DNA of 64,000 nt from Octopus bimaculoides (Eukaryota): NCBI RefSeq assembly GCF_001194135.2, contig NC_068991.1:72762729-72826728 (forward strand), written 5' to 3'. Below, piece after piece: positions 63,500-64,000 of the stretch. Numbering within the stretch: position 1 is the stretch's first letter; every line of letters starts with the position of its first letter. Made by a program: the position numbers and the translations under genes. The notes below the pieces were generated by a model that saw only the letters and a list, made by a program, of their open reading frames with translations, was not told where the DNA came from and made no database searches.

Positions 63500-63848
63500 T
63501 ATAATCCTTTCTACTATAGACACAAGGCAAAGTCGATCTCGGAGGAATTAGAACACAGAACGTGGAGACGGGTGGAATAGCGCTAAGCATTTTGTCCAGC
63601 GTGCTAACGATTCTTATTTCATTATTGCCCACGAGGGGCTCAGCATAGAAGGGACAAACAAGGACAGACAGAGGGATTAGGTCGATTACATCGACCCCAG
63701 AGCGTAATAAGTACTTAATTTATCAACCTCGAAAGGATGGAAGGCAATGTCGACCTCGGCGGAATTTGAACTCAGAACGTAACGGCTGACGAAATAACGC
63801 TAAGCATTTCGCCCGGCGTGCTAACGATTCTGCCATCACACCGCCTTA
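63500..63848 (-). mobile_element. SINE family A dimer with internal deletion and TSD
   Basis: GCTAAGCATTT at 63582 and 63799 (217 bp apart); TSD GTAGGTAAAAA at 63488 and 63853. Confidence 0.88.
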
Positions 63849-64000
63849 AGGAGTAGGTAAAATAATAACGAAAGATGAAGCAATAACACTTGGGGCGAAA
63901 AAATTATTCCTGTATCACGTAGGAGACGTCTCTTCTATTTTCGTTTATCTTTTTGCATTCTAAAAACTTATAGTTTTTATCAGCTCAAAACCTATATATT

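Overview
AT-rich eukaryotic DNA from a short-read scaffold with 13 N-gaps, most flanked by microsatellite, mainly (TA)n. The tRNA-headed SINE families look like those of Octopus (coleoid cephalopod); this is recognition from memory, not a search result. I found no intact protein-coding gene, rRNA, true tRNA or CRISPR array. Almost all ORFs in the supplied track are microsatellite, gap or transposon-relic translations. The window reads as a large intron or intergenic transposon graveyard. It holds three SINE families, including 217-bp-period multimers, and relics of Tc1, mariner, pogo-type MITEs, R4/Dong, CR1-like, RTE, Penelope and a DINE-1/Helentron-like element. It also holds three long palindromic elements. 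Most interesting: (1) a Tc1 transposase relic split by a canonical spliceosomal intron just after the first catalytic Asp motif; (2) a minimal hammerhead-ribozyme fold with a U3-A8 core covariation, plus decayed relatives; (3) tandem SINE multimers with an identical junction at three loci; (4) an unexplained 67% GC structured island partly fitting an HDV-like ribozyme; (5) a Penelope tail containing a tRNA-like segment. All alignments and folds were done by eye.
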